Shown here: positions 17,971-22,346 of the stretch, in pieces | How the letters are laid out: every line of letters starts with the position of its first letter | How positions within the stretch are numbered: position 1 is the first letter of the stretch | Assembly (NCBI GenBank): GCA_003144275.1 | Contig: NJBF01000049.1 | Location: 1 to 22,346, forward strand | Origin: Candidatus Heimdallarchaeota archaeon B3_Heim | GTDB lineage: Archaea > Asgardarchaeota > Heimdallarchaeia > Hodarchaeales > Hodarchaeaceae | Direction: 5' to 3' | DNA: 22,346 bases | The notes under the pieces: model-generated | Told to the model about the DNA's origin: nothing | Seen by the model: only the letters and a program-made list of their open reading frames with translations | The model's database searches: none | Position numbers and translations under genes: made by a program

Positions 17971-18879
17971 ATGAAAGTAATTTATCGCTATTATGAATCC
18001 GATCAGGGCTTAGAAGAACTACAGGCACAGATATATAATGATGAACATGAGAGAAGCCCGAAATCGGCATTTGGAAAAGCTACCGCAGATCAAATAAAGC
18101 AACGGTATATCAATGAAAAAAAAGATAGGTTAGGAGTTCGCTATGCTTTGGACGAGGAGGGAAATCCTCTGGCATACATTCAGACCACCTTTTCCGAATC
18201 CCCTCCCCAAACATGGATCGGATATCCTTGGGCAATGGAACATTGTCCTGTCGAAGTACAGACGTTCTTATATGACGAGATGCTAGATTACGTAATGAAG
18301 AAATTTCCTGATAATGAAATTGTAATGGGTTATTTTACAGAAACATGGAAACGACAAACTGAATTTGCTGAAAACAAGGGATTCGTTCTGAAGGATAAAG
18401 CCTTTTTCTATTCAGTGGATACCAAAAAAGTCAAGAAAGCTTCAAACCACGAATTTCTTGTCAGAAATGGTACAATGGATGATGCAACCATCCTTATAGA
18501 CCTTTGTAAGACCGATCCAAATATTAGTGATGCTTTTCCAAATGATGAGGAATGGAAATCATATTTTGGAGACCGTGTTATTCCTGATAATCACGTAATT
18601 ATGTTATTTAGAGATAATCTTCTCGCAGCCGCAGGAGCACCTCTGAGAGGGTACTATGATCATGGCATTCTTGTACGATTTACCGCCATTCGTCCTGGAT
18701 TTGAAGATGCATGGAAAATTCTTCTGCAAGAAATTGCTTTCCATTGTAATGCCCAGCAATGGAATGAACCTCTATTATTTAACTCCTTCACCAATAAAGA
18801 GTTGGCGAATAAAGTAGCTGAAGATCTTGGAGCATTCCGTAGAGATACTCAAGTCTTATATGTTTTACAACCAGAATGA
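17971..18879 (+). CDS. Probable tandem GNAT-fold protein
   Basis: 302 aa with two GNAT-like halves (VIYRYYE...QAQIYN; FLVRNGTMDDATILIDL). No canonical RxxGxG motif A, so the family call is tentative while the CDS is solid. Confidence 0.6.
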   Translation: MKVIYRYYESDQGLEELQAQIYNDEHERSPKSAFGKATADQIKQRYINEKKDRLGVRYALDEEGNPLAYIQTTFSESPPQTWIGYPWAMEHCPVEVQTFLYDEMLDYVMKKFPDNEIVMGYFTETWKRQTEFAENKGFVLKDKAFFYSVDTKKVKKASNHEFLVRNGTMDDATILIDLCKTDPNISDAFPNDEEWKSYFGDRVIPDNHVIMLFRDNLLAAAGAPLRGYYDHGILVRFTAIRPGFEDAWKILLQEIAFHCNAQQWNEPLLFNSFTNKELANKVAEDLGAFRRDTQVLYVLQPE

Positions 18880-18939
18880 GGAGCAAAATATTAGCATTTT
18901 TTGATCTATTTTCTTCCCAAACTCTCCTAATTGTCCTAT

Positions 18940-20376
18940 TCACCAAAGTTTGCGTTCTAAATACTTTGGCTGCCAGAAGCTAGAAGTTAGTTGACCCCAA
19001 AATCTAATTGCTGATCCAGAGTTCGGAAAAATCTCTGGAAAATTGGCTGCTAATTCTTTTCCATATTCAGTCACCGATTTCTGAAGATTTCTCTCTTGAA
19101 TAATTTCTTTCGCTAATCGATCTGATATCATTTCGAATTCTTCTCTATCCAGATCCGAAATCGAAGCTAAATCTGATAAATAGTGACCCATACTTCGAAG
19201 TACAGCTTTGAGAGCTATTGCCTTAGGAGGTTTACTAAAGTCAGTTCTAAACAGCTTAATAAAAGTCAATCTGTCTATATCTTTGTCAGATTGGCTATAC
19301 TTCTTAACCCTCAAAATATTTCGATACCAATAAGTACTGCCCTGATTAATGTAAAAATTCATCCATTTTTTATATTCAAACTCCTTTTTTCCCCTATAAT
19401 AAGCGTCTAATTCTACTGGAAGTTTTTTAATGGCTAGTAGCTGTCCTTTTAATCCATTCATCTTCATGATTTGTTCTATTTCAGAAAAGAGGGAGGGCTT
19501 CTGCTCATCCCCCAGTAAAATTAGAATTAGCTGGAATGTTCCATCGGGGTCGAGAATGTCTGGAATAGCTGGAAATACTTTCCTAACGACTTTAAATCCA
19601 TCAACTCCTCCATCATTGTGTACTGTATCTTTATAGCGAGTATTATCAGGAGTGGGAAGGATTGGTAAATGACCAGTTATCAGATCAAACTGTTCTGAGA
19701 AATCATATAGATCTGTAGTAATATCTCCTTCTTTAAAGGTCATCCATTGAGAGGTATTATTCCATTCCGCAGTTAATGTTGCTGCAGTCACAGCATTTGG
19801 ATTTAGATCTATCCCTAACATAGAAACATTGGGTCCCTGCCAAGGTAACCCAAATAACTGAAAACCTGATCCTGAAGCGAGATCAAGAATTTTTTTGGGA
19901 TGTTTTATTACTTGGATATACTTATGAAAGGTTAAAGACTCTGCACCGAGATAGACTTGTGGTTCAGTGAATCTTCGGAAAGGAACCAGTATAAAGAAAT
20001 GATTCAGGGGGAAAATTCGGAAAACTGATAAGAATTCACCTTTATCTGTTCGAACTATTAAACGATTCCGTTCTAACTCTTGTTGTAGTTCTTCCGTGAA
20101 TAGGGCCTTAATTTCTTTTAATTTTAATGAGCGATTTTCAGCGAAAAAGGAAAGTAGTAACTCTGTGGTAGGATCACCGTGATTCAATCGTTGTCTTGGT
20201 GCGTGAATGAAACCAAATCCTTCGGCCAGTCTTTGATAATATCCCGCTTTATACTCATGTTTGCCTAATAATCCTTTTAGACAATTTAAACTAGCCTCAA
20301 CATCCTTAAACTCATAATTCAGATATAGGGACATGAGCAGATCATTTTTCACTTGATATTTGAAATCAAAAAACAA
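18940..20376 (-). CDS. Class I SAM-dependent methyltransferase (HemK/MTS-like) with an N-terminal extension
   Basis: Motif I ILDLASGSG, acidic GIDLN, EGDI, motif IV FDLITGHLP (NPPY position diverged), and GGVDG. An alternative start is ATG 20334. Confidence 0.85.
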   Translation of the reverse strand: MFFDFKYQVKNDLLMSLYLNYEFKDVEASLNCLKGLLGKHEYKAGYYQRLAEGFGFIHAPRQRLNHGDPTTELLLSFFAENRSLKLKEIKALFTEELQQELERNRLIVRTDKGEFLSVFRIFPLNHFFILVPFRRFTEPQVYLGAESLTFHKYIQVIKHPKKILDLASGSGFQLFGLPWQGPNVSMLGIDLNPNAVTAATLTAEWNNTSQWMTFKEGDITTDLYDFSEQFDLITGHLPILPTPDNTRYKDTVHNDGGVDGFKVVRKVFPAIPDILDPDGTFQLILILLGDEQKPSLFSEIEQIMKMNGLKGQLLAIKKLPVELDAYYRGKKEFEYKKWMNFYINQGSTYWYRNILRVKKYSQSDKDIDRLTFIKLFRTDFSKPPKAIALKAVLRSMGHYLSDLASISDLDREEFEMISDRLAKEIIQERNLQKSVTEYGKELAANFPEIFPNSGSAIRFWGQLTSSFWQPKYLERKLW

Positions 20377-20411
20377 TTCTTTTTAGTTGCTTTAAATGTA
20401 CATTGTGGGGG

Positions 20412-21215
20412 CTAAGTAATATTTGTTAATCTTCTATTTTCAAGGCCTTCTTTCATTTGATAAATGATCTCTAGACTACATATCGCGTGATATGTCGCTT
20501 GCAGTGTTCCTAACGCACTGGATTTTCTAGAAAATCCTCCATTCCCAGTTTTACACTGAAGGATAAACTGTTCACATTTTTCCAAATTCAGGGGGGTTGC
20601 ATTTAGAGTCTGTAATCCTCTTAATGCGTAACAGGTGTTTTCCAAAAATGTTGTTGTGTAAGGTAAAAAACCAAACCCTCCATCACTAGACTGTGATTTT
20701 TGGATCCATTGGATGTACTTTCGTTCCTCAAATTCTTCATTCATTTTTTTCAATAGGAGGAGTCGACGAGATACTTCTGGTATAAAGTTCAAGCTAAAAG
20801 GTGTTTTCGGTAATAAAAATTGATTAGTTAATTCAAACTCAATTTTTGAGCTAGGTATATCTCTTATTAATGTAAAGTAATAAAGCTCGTTAATATTTTC
20901 TGTTTGTAAGTTAGAAGGTAGGTCAAGTATGTTCTTCATCGTCTCTTGATGACCTGTTAATGTAAAAAAGTCCAAAAGGAACAATAATTGGTAAAAATGT
21001 CTACAGGAATGATGTACATCTAATAACATGATTTCTAGATAAGCAAACGTTTTCTTATTAGAATATTTAAAATCTAATCTCTTTAATATCCGCAACGCAT
21101 AGTATGTATCTTCTCGTGTTGGTGGTGTAGTCTTTGAAAAACTAAACCCCCCGTTTGGTTGTTCATATTGGAGTACAAATGAGATTACTTTCTCTTTTTC
21201 CTCATTCGATAACAT
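20412..21215 (-). CDS. Prenyltransferase/squalene-oxidase (PFTB) repeat protein
   Basis: Three repeats: EQPNGGFS..TYYAL, QSSDGGFG..TCYAL and KTGNGGFS..TYHAI. Confidence 0.85.
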   Translation of the reverse strand: MLSNEEKEKVISFVLQYEQPNGGFSFSKTTPPTREDTYYALRILKRLDFKYSNKKTFAYLEIMLLDVHHSCRHFYQLLFLLDFFTLTGHQETMKNILDLPSNLQTENINELYYFTLIRDIPSSKIEFELTNQFLLPKTPFSLNFIPEVSRRLLLLKKMNEEFEERKYIQWIQKSQSSDGGFGFLPYTTTFLENTCYALRGLQTLNATPLNLEKCEQFILQCKTGNGGFSRKSSALGTLQATYHAICSLEIIYQMKEGLENRRLTNIT

Positions 21216-21360
21216 ATTCTTACAACCGACAGCTTCAAAACTTGTTTTAAGCGAGATTTTACTCTTTTTGGGAAAATTATCGCTTTCTATAAATCATATT
21301 AGTCGTCAAACTGGCATTTTACGATGTTAATTTTAATTTATATTTTGTCGCTTAACCAAC

Positions 21361-22346
21361 CAGTACTTCGTAACTATGGGAGAGGGTGATAATTGAAAAA
21401 TCTCGAAGGGGAAAGACTTAAATGTGGAGAAAAGTGATTAGCAGTTATCATGGACAAAATCAAACTACCTCGCTTTCCACCACGAAAAGCTAGAAAAACT
21501 CCGACTCTTATAAAGTTTGTGGTACGCTGGCTTGACAAATTTCAATTTTTACCAAACCCAATCCCAACTAGTTCGCCTTTTGACATGAAATCTCGATTAA
21601 AATTACTTCTACTGTCCGCCATAGATCGAACTTCCATTTCTCGAAAAGCTCGAGATCTACGAGAGCAAAACCTCCCAATTTCCTCCGGTGAAGCTACTTT
21701 AGCATGGTTAAAAACCAAATCCGTTGAAGATATAACAGCTTTGCAACAAGCTGGTTTCTACCAATTCTTAGAGAGCCTGCCTGAGAACTTTCAGTTTGCT
21801 AGGAAGCAAGGAATGTTGCTAGCGATCGATTTCCATACTGATCCTAATTATGCAAAAACATTATCCGCTTATATCTGTAAAGGTAGGAAGAAAGCCAGTA
21901 CCCACCAGTTTTATCAATATATCACAGTCATTTGGTTAAATGCACCCGAACCAATCACGTTAGCAGTCCAACTTCTCCCTACAAAGCATTCGACTTTCAA
22001 GACTGTTCAGAGCCTTTTGACACCTCTACTCACTCAGGAACGAATTGTTGGAGTACTTGCGGATGGTGGATTTTATAATTATGATTTAATTCACTGGCTT
22101 ATTCATAAGCAAGTTTTTTTCATCATTCGAGGACGTGTTAATGCAGGTGTTAAACCTTTGGTGCGAAAATACCAAGAAGAGTTACGTCAAAAAGGAACAC
22201 ATTTGGTTGTAGACTATCGTGTGAATAAAGGCCATACTCGGAAACGACTTCCCGTTAAGCTCGCTCTTTGTCGAGCAGGTGATCGTATCATGGCTTTAAT
22301 TGTACCTCCCACCTGTGTTCTCTCAGGAAGACGGATAAATGAGCTT
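21361..22346 (+). mobile_element. ISH3-family-like insertion sequence (left part; runs off the window)
   Basis: Transposase ORF from 21450. Candidate left end CAGTACTTCG at 21361 fits the C-GT ends described for ISH3 elements. The right end is not visible. Confidence 0.7.
21450..22346 (+). CDS. DDE transposase, ISH3/IS4-like (partial, 3' truncated)
   Basis: Open frame of 299 codons to the window end, absent from the ORF track: MDKIKLPRF...LLAIDFHTDPNY...FYQYITV...VLADGGFY..., giving the first two catalytic Asp motifs. Confidence 0.85.
   Translation, partial: MDKIKLPRFPPRKARKTPTLIKFVVRWLDKFQFLPNPIPTSSPFDMKSRLKLLLLSAIDRTSISRKARDLREQNLPISSGEATLAWLKTKSVEDITALQQAGFYQFLESLPENFQFARKQGMLLAIDFHTDPNYAKTLSAYICKGRKKASTHQFYQYITVIWLNAPEPITLAVQLLPTKHSTFKTVQSLLTPLLTQERIVGVLADGGFYNYDLIHWLIHKQVFFIIRGRVNAGVKPLVRKYQEELRQKGTHLVVDYRVNKGHTRKRLPVKLALCRAGDRIMALIVPPTCVLSGRRINEL

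Noticed and set aside
13568-19636. Short ORFs 13568-13795, 14640-14882, 15780-15995, 16830-17036, 19183-19410 and 19430-19636
   Set aside because: Nested in or antisense to well-supported long CDSs, with no motifs.
1-22346. CRISPR array, tRNA or rRNA genes
   Set aside because: No regularly spaced repeats, cloverleaf or rRNA-like GC-rich segment was seen; intergenic gaps are short and AT-rich.

Overview
AT-rich archaeal chromosomal window, most likely from an Asgard archaeon (Heimdallarchaeia/Hodarchaeales-like). This assignment is inference from a tailed archaeal histone, PGF-type C-terminal sorting signals ending in poly-Arg, and archaeal TATA-box promoters. The left half holds a membrane protein, a Zn-ribbon protein with a GNAT acetyltransferase, a histone with a 25-aa Lys-rich N-terminal tail, pirin, an alpha/beta hydrolase convergent on a PlsC-like acyltransferase, an MFS exporter and two orphans. 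The centre holds a 24-bp palindrome abutting a TATA box, then an apparent operon: a coiled-coil/winged-HTH protein, a MinD/ParA ATPase whose Walker A motif carries an in-frame TGA (its true start at 9902 is missed by the ORF track), and a doubly membrane-anchored surface protein. The right half holds two paralogous ~820-aa surface glycoproteins with different C-terminal anchors, each followed by a near-identical 43-44 bp promoter. The first promoter copy leads into an unannotated decayed fragment of the GNAT-like gene that follows the second copy. The window ends with a SAM methyltransferase, a prenyltransferase-repeat protein and an ISH3-like IS whose transposase runs off the edge. No rRNA, tRNA or CRISPR array was seen. 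All family calls come from motif recognition by eye; no database search was run.
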